Assembly (NCBI GenBank): GCA_022824765.1
Contig: JAJDZG010000083.1
Location: 1 to 54,303 of the forward strand
Direction: 5' to 3'
DNA: 54,303 bases
From: Dehalococcoidia bacterium
GTDB taxonomy: Bacteria > Chloroflexota > Dehalococcoidia > Bin125
Of the stretch, positions 36,869 to 47,191 are shown in pieces; position 1 is the first letter of the stretch; every line of letters starts with the position of its first letter. The notes under the pieces were generated by a model. That model searched no databases. It was not told the origin of the DNA and worked only from the letters and a program-made list of their open reading frames with translations. Position numbers and translations under genes: made by a program.

Positions 36869-37656
36869 GCAATCAACAGCCGCGCCGGCGCCGTCGGCGA
36901 CGACCGGCGCGTCCCGCCGGCGCGAGCGGCGAGTCCGAGGTCGGGCGACAGACGGACGCGCCCGCAGGCGACGACTCGCGCGGTCCCGGCGGCGGACGCC
37001 GCTCCGCCGCCGCTGCCTCGCAAGAGCCGCCGCGACGCACCCTCTTCGGAATGCCCCGCATGTCCGTAGCGCTGCTCGGCGGACTCCTGGTCGCCATGAT
37101 CGCCGTCTTCGCCATGCAGCTGATCTTCCCGCCCGATGAGGTGCTCAGCGTCGAGGGCGTGCAGAACTTCCCCGACCAGGGCCGACGCCACCTCGCCGAG
37201 AGCGACACGTTCGACGCCTACAACTCGTATCCGCCGACATCCGGGCCGCAGCCCGCCGAAGGCGCAGCCGCAGAGGTCTACCTGCCCGACGCAGAGGCCA
37301 TCCCCTCGCCCGCCCAGATGCTGCCGCTGCTCGAGCGCGGCGGCGTGGTCATCTACTACGACCCTGACACCTACAGATCCGCCGACGATCCGGGCGGATT
37401 GCTCGGTGCCATGCAGAGCTTGCGACAATTCCGCGAGCGCCTCGCCGTCGTGCCGCTGGAAGGCATCGGCGATCAGTACGAGGGCGCGACCATCGTCGTC
37501 GCCGCCTGGCGCACGCTCTTGCCCGTGCTCGCCTGGGACTCCGACGGCAACGAGCAGATCAGCGCATTCATGCAGAACGCGCCCGACGGCTACTACGACC
37601 GCTATCGACTCGAGCGCGGAGACTCCGTCATCTCAGCCGGGACATCCAGCCAATGA
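36865..37656 (+). CDS. Membrane-anchored DUF3105-like protein
   Basis: Basic N-terminus, one TM, YNSYPPTSGP, LERGGVVIYY, AAW. Confidence 0.75.
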   Translation: MSNQQPRRRRRRRPARPAGASGESEVGRQTDAPAGDDSRGPGGGRRSAAAASQEPPRRTLFGMPRMSVALLGGLLVAMIAVFAMQLIFPPDEVLSVEGVQNFPDQGRRHLAESDTFDAYNSYPPTSGPQPAEGAAAEVYLPDAEAIPSPAQMLPLLERGGVVIYYDPDTYRSADDPGGLLGAMQSLRQFRERLAVVPLEGIGDQYEGATIVVAAWRTLLPVLAWDSDGNEQISAFMQNAPDGYYDRYRLERGDSVISAGTSSQ

Positions 37657-38234
37657 GGCAGCGCAGAGTTGGGCTGTCGTCGTCGGTCGCGACCGCGCTC
37701 GCGCTGTTGGCGCTGTTCGCCGCTGCATGCTCCAGCGGCTCTGGTGGTGCCGGCGGCAGTTATGTCAATATCCACGACCGCGCCGAACTCGAACTCTACG
37801 ACAACGAGCACACCACATCCACGCAAATCCATCTGCCCGTCGGCGTGACGGCTGACTACACCGTCATCCCCCCCTACGGCGAAGAGCACTCGCCGATCGC
37901 GCTCGCCTGCGGCATCTACAGCGCGACGCCGACATTCGAAATGGTCGTCCACGCCATGGAACATGGAGCGGTCGTGCTCTGGTACGCACCGAACGAGCTG
38001 ACGGATGACAGCCTCGCCTCACTCACAGAAATCGCCTCCAACCACCTGAACGACAATCACTACGTGATCCAGGCGCCCTATGGAGGCTTGGACAGCCCGC
38101 TCATGCTGGTCGCCTGGGGCGTGCGGCTGCCTCTGCCAGCGGTCGAGGCCCGCGCCATCGAGCAGTTCTTCGACGAGTTCCACGACGACGCACCGGAGCC
38201 GGTGGCTGCCGGTGGTTGCAGCACGGCCAGTTGA
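37653..38234 (+). CDS. DUF3105-like lipoprotein
   Basis: Lipobox-like LFAAAC; PPYGEEH; CGIY; VHAMEHGAVVLWY; AWG; APE. Confidence 0.8.
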   Translation: MRQRRVGLSSSVATALALLALFAAACSSGSGGAGGSYVNIHDRAELELYDNEHTTSTQIHLPVGVTADYTVIPPYGEEHSPIALACGIYSATPTFEMVVHAMEHGAVVLWYAPNELTDDSLASLTEIASNHLNDNHYVIQAPYGGLDSPLMLVAWGVRLPLPAVEARAIEQFFDEFHDDAPEPVAAGGCSTAS

Positions 38235-38241
38235 GCGCTCC

Positions 38242-39687
38242 ATGATCCAACAGGCGCCGCCGCATCCGCTCGATCCGATCTTTCATCCGCGCGGCGTGGC
38301 GGTCGTCGGCGCATCTCGCGACAGCAGCAGCGCCCGCGGTCCGGGCGGTTGGATCGCCTCACTCAAAGACGCCGGACAGCCCAACATCTATCCAGTCAAC
38401 CCAAAGGCCACCGAAATCGATGGTCTGCCCTGCTTCCCGCGGTTGACCGATATCCCAGGCCCCGTTGACCACGTGATCAGCGCGATCCCCGCCCAGTACG
38501 TCTTGCCCATGCTGGAGGACGCCGCTGAGTCTCGCGTGCGCTCGATTCACCTCTTCACCGCAGGCTTTGCCGAAACCGGTATCACCGACCGGCTCGAGCT
38601 GCAGGAACAGCTGAAGTCCCGCGCGGCGGAGCTGGGCATTCGCCTGATCGGCCCCAACTGCATGGGCCTCTACGTGCCCGACGGACGCGTCTCCTTTGCC
38701 CAGCAGCTGCCAACCGACTCCGGCCCGGTCGCGTTCTTCTCCCAGTCAGGCACGAATGCGAACGACGCCGCCTACAACGGAGCGGTCCGTGGGCTGCGAT
38801 TCTCGAAAGTCGTCTCGTTCGGCAACGCAATCGATGTGTCCGCCTCGGAACTGATCGACTACGCCGCCGCCGACCCGCAGACAGAGCTGATCGGCGCATA
38901 CATCGAGGGCATGCAGGACGCGCGGCAGTTCTTCCGCTCCTTGCGACACGCAGCAGCCGAGAAGCCAACGGCCATCCTCAAGGGCGGACTGCTCCCCTCC
39001 GGCAGCCGCGCCACACAGTCGCACACAGCTTCCCTGGCAGGCTCCGGACAGATCTGGTCGGCAGTCGCGCGACAGACCAATGCCGTGCTCGTCCACAACA
39101 TGCAAGAGATGGTCGACCTGCTCGTCGGCTGGCGATTCCGAGCCGTGCCCGCCGGCCCCCGCATCGGACTGGTCGTGGGCGGCGGCGGAATCTCGGTCCA
39201 GGGAGCGGACGATGTCGAGCGGGAGGGCCTGCAACTGCCAGCCCTCACCGACCATACCCTGCGTCGACTCGGCGACGTCACCCCGCTCGCCGGCACCGGC
39301 ATCCGCAATCCCGTCGACACCATGTCCCTCTGGGACGGGCGCAGCCTCGAACCAACCTTGGATGCCGTAGCAGAGGATCCCAGCGTCGATGCGATCATCA
39401 TGCAGGTCGGCATGAACTGGGGCGTCAACAACTACGACCTCGACCAGATCGAGGCTCGGCGCGGCATGATCGAGCAGATTGCCTCAGCACGCGAGCGGCA
39501 CGGCCTCGCGCTGTCGGTCGTTGTGCCGATTCAGCTCGACCACAGCTCCGGCCGCATGAACGCCGAAATGTCAGGCATGATCTCCGACGCCGGCCTGCCG
39601 GTCTACTACAGCATCCGAGACGCGGCACGAGCAATGCGGCGTCTGTTGACCTGGAGCGACAAGCGCGCTGAGAGGGCTGCCACATGA
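38242..39687 (+). CDS. NDP-forming acyl-CoA synthetase alpha-type (CoA-binding) subunit
   Basis: FHPRGVAVVGAS, YPVNP, IGPNCMG, SQSG, SHTASLAG (phospho-His), NPVD; no ATP-grasp domain. Confidence 0.88.
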   Translation: MIQQAPPHPLDPIFHPRGVAVVGASRDSSSARGPGGWIASLKDAGQPNIYPVNPKATEIDGLPCFPRLTDIPGPVDHVISAIPAQYVLPMLEDAAESRVRSIHLFTAGFAETGITDRLELQEQLKSRAAELGIRLIGPNCMGLYVPDGRVSFAQQLPTDSGPVAFFSQSGTNANDAAYNGAVRGLRFSKVVSFGNAIDVSASELIDYAAADPQTELIGAYIEGMQDARQFFRSLRHAAAEKPTAILKGGLLPSGSRATQSHTASLAGSGQIWSAVARQTNAVLVHNMQEMVDLLVGWRFRAVPAGPRIGLVVGGGGISVQGADDVEREGLQLPALTDHTLRRLGDVTPLAGTGIRNPVDTMSLWDGRSLEPTLDAVAEDPSVDAIIMQVGMNWGVNNYDLDQIEARRGMIEQIASARERHGLALSVVVPIQLDHSSGRMNAEMSGMISDAGLPVYYSIRDAARAMRRLLTWSDKRAERAAT

Positions 39688-40304
39688 GCAAGACATCCGA
39701 CATCTACGAAGTCATGCAGACGCAGCGCGCAATCCGCCGCTGGACCGACCAGCCAGTCGACCGCGACACAATCGAACGAATCATCCAGGCCGCATGTTGG
39801 GCGCCGAGCGGAAGCAACTCGCAGCCCTGGGGATTCCTGGTCGTCACCGACGACGGCATCCGCGAGCGCTTGGCGGAAGCAATCCGCAACTGGTTCACAG
39901 CAGGCCTGGCCGATCGACCTGACCCATCACAGCTGCCCGATCCGACTCAGCGCCGCATGCTGACCGGAGCGTTCAACCTGTTCGACAACTTCGCCGCGGC
40001 GCCGGTCTGGATCATCCCCTGCCTGGTGCGACCTGAGTCGCCCGCGGCCGACGGCCTGATCGCGGGCAGCAGCATCTACCCGAGCATCCAGAACCTGATG
40101 CTCGCCGCGCGCGCCGAGGGACTCGGTACCGTCCTCACGACTCCGCAGGAAGGCATCATGGACGACTTGCGCGCCGAGCTCAGCATTCCCGACAACGCGC
40201 GACCCGTTGCCATCATCCCCATGGGCCACCCAGACGCCAACTTCGGACCAGTCACCCGCAAGCCCCTCGACACATTCCTGCACTGGAACGGCTGGAGCGA
40301 GTAG
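39684..40304 (+). CDS. Nitroreductase family protein
   Basis: RAIRRW, APSGSNSQPW, QNLMLAARAEGLGT, IPMGHP. Confidence 0.9.
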   Translation: MSKTSDIYEVMQTQRAIRRWTDQPVDRDTIERIIQAACWAPSGSNSQPWGFLVVTDDGIRERLAEAIRNWFTAGLADRPDPSQLPDPTQRRMLTGAFNLFDNFAAAPVWIIPCLVRPESPAADGLIAGSSIYPSIQNLMLAARAEGLGTVLTTPQEGIMDDLRAELSIPDNARPVAIIPMGHPDANFGPVTRKPLDTFLHWNGWSE

Positions 40305-40307
40305 CCG

Positions 40308-40955
<648 letters not shown>

Positions 40956-40958
40956 TCC

Positions 40959-41876
40959 ATGCCTGACAGCGAACGCGACCGACGAGTCGGATTCATCGGC
41001 GCGGGCAACATCGGAAACCTGATGGCTCGCAACCTCATCGCCGCAGGACATCAGCTCGTCATCTTCGATCTGCGTCCCGAGGCGATGGAAAACCTGCTCG
41101 AGCTGGGCGCAGAGTCAGCAGCGAGCCCGGCCGTGATCGCCAGCCGATGCTCTGTGGTCTTCACCTCCCTGCCCGGCGATCCGCAGCTCGCAAGCGTGGT
41201 CGAGGGCGACGAAGGCCTGCTCGCGGCGGCGGCAACAGGTGATATCCACGTCGACCTCAGCACGAAGTCGGTCTCCGGCGCGCTGCGTCTGCTCGATCTC
41301 GAAGCGGCCGCTGGCGTCATCTATCTGGACGCCCCAGTCACCGGCGGAGTCGCCAGGGCCTCCGACGGCACGCTCACCGTCCTCGGCAGCGGCGACCCCA
41401 TGGCCTTTGAACGCGTACGGCCAATGCTCGAGGCGATCGGCGACCACGTACTGCATCTCGGCGCTTCCGGCATGGGCGTTCGCTACAAGCTCGTCAACAA
41501 CACCATCTCGCTCTGCGCGCACATGATCGTCCAGGAGGCGCTCGTCTTGGGCCAGAAGGCTGGACTCGACCTCGCCGACCTCGTCGAGAAGCTGCGCTCG
41601 GGCACCGCGCGGCCCTTCATGGGCGCTGCCGACATCTTCCTCGATCGCGACTTCGAGGATCCAACCTCAACGCTCACGATCGGCGCGAAGGATGTCACGC
41701 TGGCACTGGACTTCGCGCGCGATCTCGCCGTCCCGATGCCAGCCGTCAGCGCGGCTCATCAGACATTCCTCCAAGCATTGGCAGCCGGCTACCAAGACCT
41801 CGCCCACTACACCACCATCCTGGCGCTTGAGTCGGGCGCCGGCATTGAGACCACCACAGATGGAGACGCGACATGA
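40959..41876 (+). CDS. NAD(P)-dependent beta-hydroxyacid dehydrogenase (HIBADH/MmsB family)
   Basis: GFIGAGNIG, DAPVTGG, KLVNN, KD. Confidence 0.88.
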   Translation: MPDSERDRRVGFIGAGNIGNLMARNLIAAGHQLVIFDLRPEAMENLLELGAESAASPAVIASRCSVVFTSLPGDPQLASVVEGDEGLLAAAATGDIHVDLSTKSVSGALRLLDLEAAAGVIYLDAPVTGGVARASDGTLTVLGSGDPMAFERVRPMLEAIGDHVLHLGASGMGVRYKLVNNTISLCAHMIVQEALVLGQKAGLDLADLVEKLRSGTARPFMGAADIFLDRDFEDPTSTLTIGAKDVTLALDFARDLAVPMPAVSAAHQTFLQALAAGYQDLAHYTTILALESGAGIETTTDGDAT

Positions 41877-42805
41877 CCAGCAACGTCCGCGACCAGCGAA
41901 TCGGATTTATCGGCACCGGCAACATCGGCAATCCCATGGCTCGCAACCTGATTGCGGCCGGACATCAACTCGTCGTCTTCGATCTGCGGCCTGAGGCGAT
42001 GGAAAACCTGCTCGAGTTGGGCGCCGAGTCCGCCGAGAGCTGCGCCGATGTCGCCTCCCGCTGCGCGGTGGTCTTCACGTCGTTGCCCGGCCCGCCTGAG
42101 ATCGAAGCAGCCATCACCAGCGCCGACGGCATTCTGGCCGGCGCGTCGCGCGGCGACGTGCACGTCGACCTGTCCAGCAACTCGATCACCGCCGTGCGGC
42201 GGCTCGCTCAGCTCGAAGCCGATGCCGGCGTCTCATACATCGATGCGCCAGTCACGGGCGGAGTGCCTGGCGCCGAGGCCGCCACCTTGACCGTGCTCGG
42301 CAGCGGCGACGCCGACGCCTTCGAGCGCGTGCGTCCGCTGCTGGATGCGATTGGCGAGAACATCTTCCATCTCGGCGAGGCAGGCTCAGGCTGTCTGTTC
42401 AAGCTGCTCAACAACGTGATCATCCTCTGCGGAAACCAGATCGTGCAGGAGGCGCTGGTGCTCGGCGCCAAGGCAGGCCTCGATCCCGAGGACATGGTCG
42501 AGAAGCTGCGGCTGGGCACCGCCCGCCCCTACGTCGGACTCGCTCCCTACCTGATCGGCAAGCGCTTCGACAATCCATCCTTCACCCTCCGCCTCGCGGA
42601 GAAGGATGTCTCGCTCGCGCTCGAGGCGGCGCGAGTCAACCACGTCCCGATGCCCGTCGCCAACGCCGCGCACCAGACCTATCTGCGAGCGCTCAGTCAG
42701 GGCCTCGGCGACCAGTCGTTCCTGGCGACCTTGTCAGCGTTGGAAGCGGCGGCAGGGCACGAGATCCCCACAGTCGAAATCGAGGGCGGCCGCGCGTCGC
42801 TCTAG
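41873..42805 (+). CDS. NAD(P)-dependent beta-hydroxyacid dehydrogenase (tandem paralogue)
   Basis: GFIGTGNIGNPMA, DAPVTGG, KLLNN, FTLRLAEKD. Confidence 0.9.
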   Translation: MTSNVRDQRIGFIGTGNIGNPMARNLIAAGHQLVVFDLRPEAMENLLELGAESAESCADVASRCAVVFTSLPGPPEIEAAITSADGILAGASRGDVHVDLSSNSITAVRRLAQLEADAGVSYIDAPVTGGVPGAEAATLTVLGSGDADAFERVRPLLDAIGENIFHLGEAGSGCLFKLLNNVIILCGNQIVQEALVLGAKAGLDPEDMVEKLRLGTARPYVGLAPYLIGKRFDNPSFTLRLAEKDVSLALEAARVNHVPMPVANAAHQTYLRALSQGLGDQSFLATLSALEAAAGHEIPTVEIEGGRASL

Positions 42806-42833
42806 CCTCCCCATGTCGAAGCAGGGACCGGGA

Positions 42834-44357
42834 TCACCAGGCGTCGATCGGATGCTTCTTGGTTGCCGAAAGCGCTGCGCGCGGTGTCATGCGCAGCATC
42901 TTGATCAACACCTCGCGGGTCTCCTCAGGCACGATCACGTCGTCGAACTCGTAGCGTCGGCCGGCATTGATCGCTGAGTTCCGCTCGCGCATCTCGTTCG
43001 CCCACTCGTCGCGCAGCCGACGCGCTTCGGCGGGATCCGTCCGCTCGACTTCGCGAATCTGCTCACGGTTGACCAGCAGCGACGCGCCTTCCAGCCCCAT
43101 CCCGCCCGACTCCGCGGTCGGCCAGGCCAGACGCAGATCCCGCGGAGCGTAGGAGTTACCCATCGCCGCAGGTCCAAGTCCGTAGGCCTTGCGCAGCTGG
43201 ACCGTATAGAGCGGCACCGTGCGGTTCTGGTGAGCGATGATCGGCCGCGCGTGATGACGCGCAATCCCCGCCTCTTCGGCCGGACGCCCAACCATGTAAC
43301 CAGGATTGTCGACGAACGACACCATCGCGATCTCATGCGCGTCGCAAAGCTGAACGAACCGCGCGATCTTGTCCGATGCGTCGGAGTCAATGGCCCCAGC
43401 GATGACCGAGAGCGGCTGGTTGGCGATGATCCCCACGGATCGCCCGCCCAGCCGTGCCAAAGCCGTGATCAGCTGCGGGGCCCAGGTCGGCCGCAGCTCA
43501 AACACCGAGTCGCGGTCCATCACCGCGCGGATCACCCGCCGCATGTCGTACGCGCGCCGACGATTGGACGGCACGATGCCCCGGATGCGCTCGTGCCACG
43601 CGTCGGGCTCCCCGTCCGGCAGGTCGTAGAGGAAGTAACGCAGATATCGTCCCGCCGCGTCTATGGCCTCCGCTTCCGTCTCGACCATCAGATCGATGCC
43701 GCCGACACGATCGTGCATCTCTGCCGGGCCAATCTCATCAGGCGTGAGCTTCAGACCCATCGCCCCCTCGACGAGTGGTGGTCCGCCCATCCCGATCGCC
43801 GAGTCGCGCGTCGCGACGATGAAGTCGGACAGACCGGCGATCGAGGCGTTGCCCGCAAATGACCGTCCCGAGACCACCGAAACCGTGGGCACCCAGCCTG
43901 AGAGCACGGCCATCCCGTCGAACGTGCCCCAGCGACCCGTCAGCCCGCGCTGTGATCCGGCGAGGTCGTGTGCGCGCGCGCCGCCGCCATCGGCGAAGGT
44001 GATCAGCGGCCAACGCCGCTCGTGAACCAGCTCGAGCAAGCGATCGAACTTGCCATGATTCAGCGCCGTCTGCGTGCCGCCCTGCACCGTGTAGTCGTAG
44101 GAGGCAATCGCCGTGGGATGTCCCTCCACGGTGCCGAATCCTTGCACGAGCCCATCGGCAGGTCCGCTCATCGACTGGTTCGCCGGGATCGCGAGCACGC
44201 CGTACTCGACGAAACTGCCCTCGTCGAGGACCATCTCAATCCGTTCGCGGGCAGTGAACTTGCCCTTGGCATGAACGCGCGCCGCCGCATCGGGGCGCGC
44301 CGAGTCCATCGCCTGGGCGCGAGCCCGCACAATCTCCTCAATGATCGCGTCATCCAT
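42834..44357 (-). CDS. Acyl-CoA carboxylase carboxyltransferase subunit
   Basis: GGGAGG RBS before ATG 44357; GKFTARERI, DYTVQGGT, DGGGAR, GGPPLVE, VDNPGYMVG, LRKAYG. Confidence 0.92.
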   Translation of the reverse strand: MDDAIIEEIVRARAQAMDSARPDAAARVHAKGKFTARERIEMVLDEGSFVEYGVLAIPANQSMSGPADGLVQGFGTVEGHPTAIASYDYTVQGGTQTALNHGKFDRLLELVHERRWPLITFADGGGARAHDLAGSQRGLTGRWGTFDGMAVLSGWVPTVSVVSGRSFAGNASIAGLSDFIVATRDSAIGMGGPPLVEGAMGLKLTPDEIGPAEMHDRVGGIDLMVETEAEAIDAAGRYLRYFLYDLPDGEPDAWHERIRGIVPSNRRRAYDMRRVIRAVMDRDSVFELRPTWAPQLITALARLGGRSVGIIANQPLSVIAGAIDSDASDKIARFVQLCDAHEIAMVSFVDNPGYMVGRPAEEAGIARHHARPIIAHQNRTVPLYTVQLRKAYGLGPAAMGNSYAPRDLRLAWPTAESGGMGLEGASLLVNREQIREVERTDPAEARRLRDEWANEMRERNSAINAGRRYEFDDVIVPEETREVLIKMLRMTPRAALSATKKHPIDAW

Positions 44358-44398
44358 CGGGTCCTCCCGCTCCGCTGATACCCTCCGCATACGGTATC

Positions 44399-44443
44399 CG
44401 CACGGCAGTCCTGCGCACGTCGCGCACGGCAATCCTGCGCACG
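44399..44443. repeat. 21-bp direct repeat, 24-bp period, in a divergent promoter region
   Basis: CGCACGGCAGTCCTGCGCACG (44399-44419) and CGCACGGCAATCCTGCGCACG (44423-44443), one mismatch. Confidence 0.8.
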
Positions 44444-44461
44444 GCGAGTTGGAGATGGTTG

Positions 44462-46396
44462 ATGGCATCCGAGATCGATCTCGTTGGTCCAATCGTTCGG
44501 GAGATTCAGCGCCGGGCGCTCGACGACCCGGATGCGTTCTGGTCAGAAGCCGCATCGCGCATTCCCTGGTTCCGCGAATGGGATGACGTGTTCGAGTGGA
44601 CACCGAACGAGGTGCCGGCCTTCCGCTGGTTCATCGGCGGCGAAACCAATCTCGCCTACGCCTGTCTCGACGCCCAGGTCGCCGATGGCAACGGCGGCCG
44701 CGCCGCCTTGATCTGTCTGGACGAGAACGGCGGACAGCGAGTCTTCACCTACGCACAGCTGCTCCGCCAGGTCGAGCGAATGGCCGCCTCGCTGCGAGCC
44801 ATCGGCATCGAGCGCGGAGACCGCGTCGCCGTCTACATGCCGACCAACTTCGAGGCCATCGCGCTCATGCTGGCCTGCGCCCGCATCGGCGCCGTCCACC
44901 TCGTCATCTTCGCCGGATTCGGCGCCGGCGCCATCGCCGAGCGAATCAAGCTCTCCCAGGCCAAAGCCATCTTCTGCACCGACTCCACCTACCGGCGCGG
45001 ACGCAACGTCCCGCTCGATCACTTCGTCCGCGGAGCACTCCAGAATGAGGGCGCCAACGAGTTCGTCGAGACCGTCGTCGTCGAACGACGCCTCGCCGAC
45101 AGTCCGAACATCGGCGCCGACAAAGAGATCAGCTGGGAAGACTTCCTCGCAGCCGGTGCAGGCGGCGACGGGTCATGGACCCCAATGGAAGCCAACGATC
45201 CCGCCTACATTCTGGCCACCTCAGGCACCACAGCCCGGCCAAAGCTCTGCGTCCACACGCACGGCGGATATCCCGTCTGGATCGCCAGCATGGCCGACTG
45301 GGTCTTCGACATTCAGCCCGAGGACGTCTGGTGGGCCACCTCCGACATCGGGTGGGTCGTCGGACACTCCTACATCGTCTACGGACCGCTGCTGTCCGGA
45401 GCAACGACCATCGCCTTCGAGGGCGCACTCGACTACCCAGATGTCTCGACCTTCTACAAGATCATCGAGGACCACGGCGTCACCGGGATGTTCACCTCGC
45501 CGACGGCAATCCGACTACTCATGCGTTCCGGCACCGAACCTGCAGAGTCAGTCGATATGTCTTCCTTGACCCGCACGTTCTCAGCCGGCGAAGTGCTCAA
45601 CCCGCCCGCTTGGGAATGGTTCCAGCACGAGATCTTCGGCGACCAGATCCCGGTCCTTGACCACATGTGGCAGACGGAGACGGGCGGACCGATCATCGGC
45701 AACCCCTACGGCATTCAAATGCTGCCAATCAAACCAGGCTCCGCCGGCATTCCGCTGCCCGGCGTTGAGGGCCTCGTGCTCTCGCCCGAAGGCGACGAAC
45801 TGTCCGCCGACGACAAGGGCATCTTCGCCATCACCAGACCATTCCCAGGCCTGACCGCGCGACTCTGGGGTGAGCCCGAGCGCTATCAGACCGACTACTG
45901 GGGCAAAGTACCGGGACGCCAGGTCTACTTCACCGGCGACGCCACATCCGTCGATCAAGACGGCTACGTCTGGTTCTCTGGACGCGCCGACGAAATCATC
46001 AAGATCGCCGCGCACCGCATCGGCACCATCGAGGTTGAGTCTGCCATCCTCAGACACCCAGGAGCCGCCGAGGCAGGTGTCACCGGCCGACCCGACGAGC
46101 TCCGCGGCGAGGTCATCTCCGCCTTCGTCGTGCTCAAGGCCGGCTTCCAACCCAGCGACGACCTCAAGAACGAAATCCTCCAGACCATCCGTGGCGAGCT
46201 CGGTCCTGTCGCTGTGATCGGGGAACTCAACTTCGTCGACGCCCTCCCCAAGACCCGCTCCGGCAAAATCATGCGGCGAGTCCTCAAAGCCGTCACCCTC
46301 GACACCGACCCCGGCGACATCTCAACGATCGAAGACGAAGGTTCCGTCGAAGACGCCCGCTCCGCCTGGGAGACCATGAAGGCAAGCTTGCAGTAG
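44462..46396 (+). CDS. acs: AMP-forming acetyl/propionyl-CoA synthetase
   Basis: TSGTTARPK, SDIGWVVGHSY, WQTETGG, YFTGD, GRADE, PKTRSGKIMRR. Confidence 0.88.
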   Translation: MASEIDLVGPIVREIQRRALDDPDAFWSEAASRIPWFREWDDVFEWTPNEVPAFRWFIGGETNLAYACLDAQVADGNGGRAALICLDENGGQRVFTYAQLLRQVERMAASLRAIGIERGDRVAVYMPTNFEAIALMLACARIGAVHLVIFAGFGAGAIAERIKLSQAKAIFCTDSTYRRGRNVPLDHFVRGALQNEGANEFVETVVVERRLADSPNIGADKEISWEDFLAAGAGGDGSWTPMEANDPAYILATSGTTARPKLCVHTHGGYPVWIASMADWVFDIQPEDVWWATSDIGWVVGHSYIVYGPLLSGATTIAFEGALDYPDVSTFYKIIEDHGVTGMFTSPTAIRLLMRSGTEPAESVDMSSLTRTFSAGEVLNPPAWEWFQHEIFGDQIPVLDHMWQTETGGPIIGNPYGIQMLPIKPGSAGIPLPGVEGLVLSPEGDELSADDKGIFAITRPFPGLTARLWGEPERYQTDYWGKVPGRQVYFTGDATSVDQDGYVWFSGRADEIIKIAAHRIGTIEVESAILRHPGAAEAGVTGRPDELRGEVISAFVVLKAGFQPSDDLKNEILQTIRGELGPVAVIGELNFVDALPKTRSGKIMRRVLKAVTLDTDPGDISTIEDEGSVEDARSAWETMKASLQ

Positions 46397-46399
46397 CGC

Positions 46400-47149
46400 G
46401 TGAGGGCGACAGCAGTGAGGAACTGGCTGGCAGCGCTGCGCTCGGGGCGCAACGACGCAGCGCGCGGCGATTGGGAACGGCGCACGAATCTCGTGCTCCT
46501 GCTGCTCGCGGCAGCGATGCTGCCCGTGCTGATTCTGCCCGAGATATCAAACCTCAACGACACGACGCGTCGCTCGTTCACCTACGCCGAGTGGGGAATC
46601 TGGGCGATCTTCGCGTTGGATTTAGCGGTACGCCTGCAGTTGGCCGAGAAAAAGTGGGAGTTCTTGCGCAAGAACTGGCTTGACGTGCTGATCGTGGCGT
46701 TACCGTTCCTGCGTCCGTTGCGATTGCTGCGCGCGGTTGCGTTTCTGGCGCGGGCATGGGAGCAGCTTGACCGTCGCGGCATCCACGGCACCGCAACGCT
46801 CGCCGTTGCGGTGCTGTTCGGCGCGACGGTGGCCATCTTCGCGGCCGAGAACAGCGGCGGCGCTGAGATCCACAGCTGGGACACCGCGCTCTGGTGGACG
46901 CTCCACACGATGGCCACCGGCGACGGCGTGGCGGTTGCCGAGACGACACTGGGCAAGGTCGTCGGAGCAATCGTGACGCTGCTCGGCTTTGCGCTCTTGG
47001 GTATGGTCACAGCCACGATTGCGGCCTGGTTCGTCGAGCAAGACCAAGAGGAAGATCAGCAAGCGATCCTCGAGAGACTCGACGCGCTGCAGGCTGAAGT
47101 CGTGTCACTGCGGCAGGAGCTGCGAGACTCGCGAGACTCAACCGACTGA
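46400..47149 (+). CDS. Ion-channel protein (voltage-gated K+ channel-like) with an atypical pore
   Basis: FLRKNWLD, S4-like RPLRLLR, pore helix ALWWTLHTMATGDG, TTLGKVVG, coiled-coil tail. Confidence 0.75.
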   Translation: MRATAVRNWLAALRSGRNDAARGDWERRTNLVLLLLAAAMLPVLILPEISNLNDTTRRSFTYAEWGIWAIFALDLAVRLQLAEKKWEFLRKNWLDVLIVALPFLRPLRLLRAVAFLARAWEQLDRRGIHGTATLAVAVLFGATVAIFAAENSGGAEIHSWDTALWWTLHTMATGDGVAVAETTLGKVVGAIVTLLGFALLGMVTATIAAWFVEQDQEEDQQAILERLDALQAEVVSLRQELRDSRDSTD

Positions 47150-47191
47150 ACTCAGCTCAGCCGCGCTTGTCTCAGCCGATGCCATCAGAGA

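Noticed and set aside
44358-44603. Extended carboxyltransferase N-terminus with repeated CAGLPC
   Set aside because: It is the translated intergenic direct repeat and overlaps acs; the start at 44357 has a strong SD.
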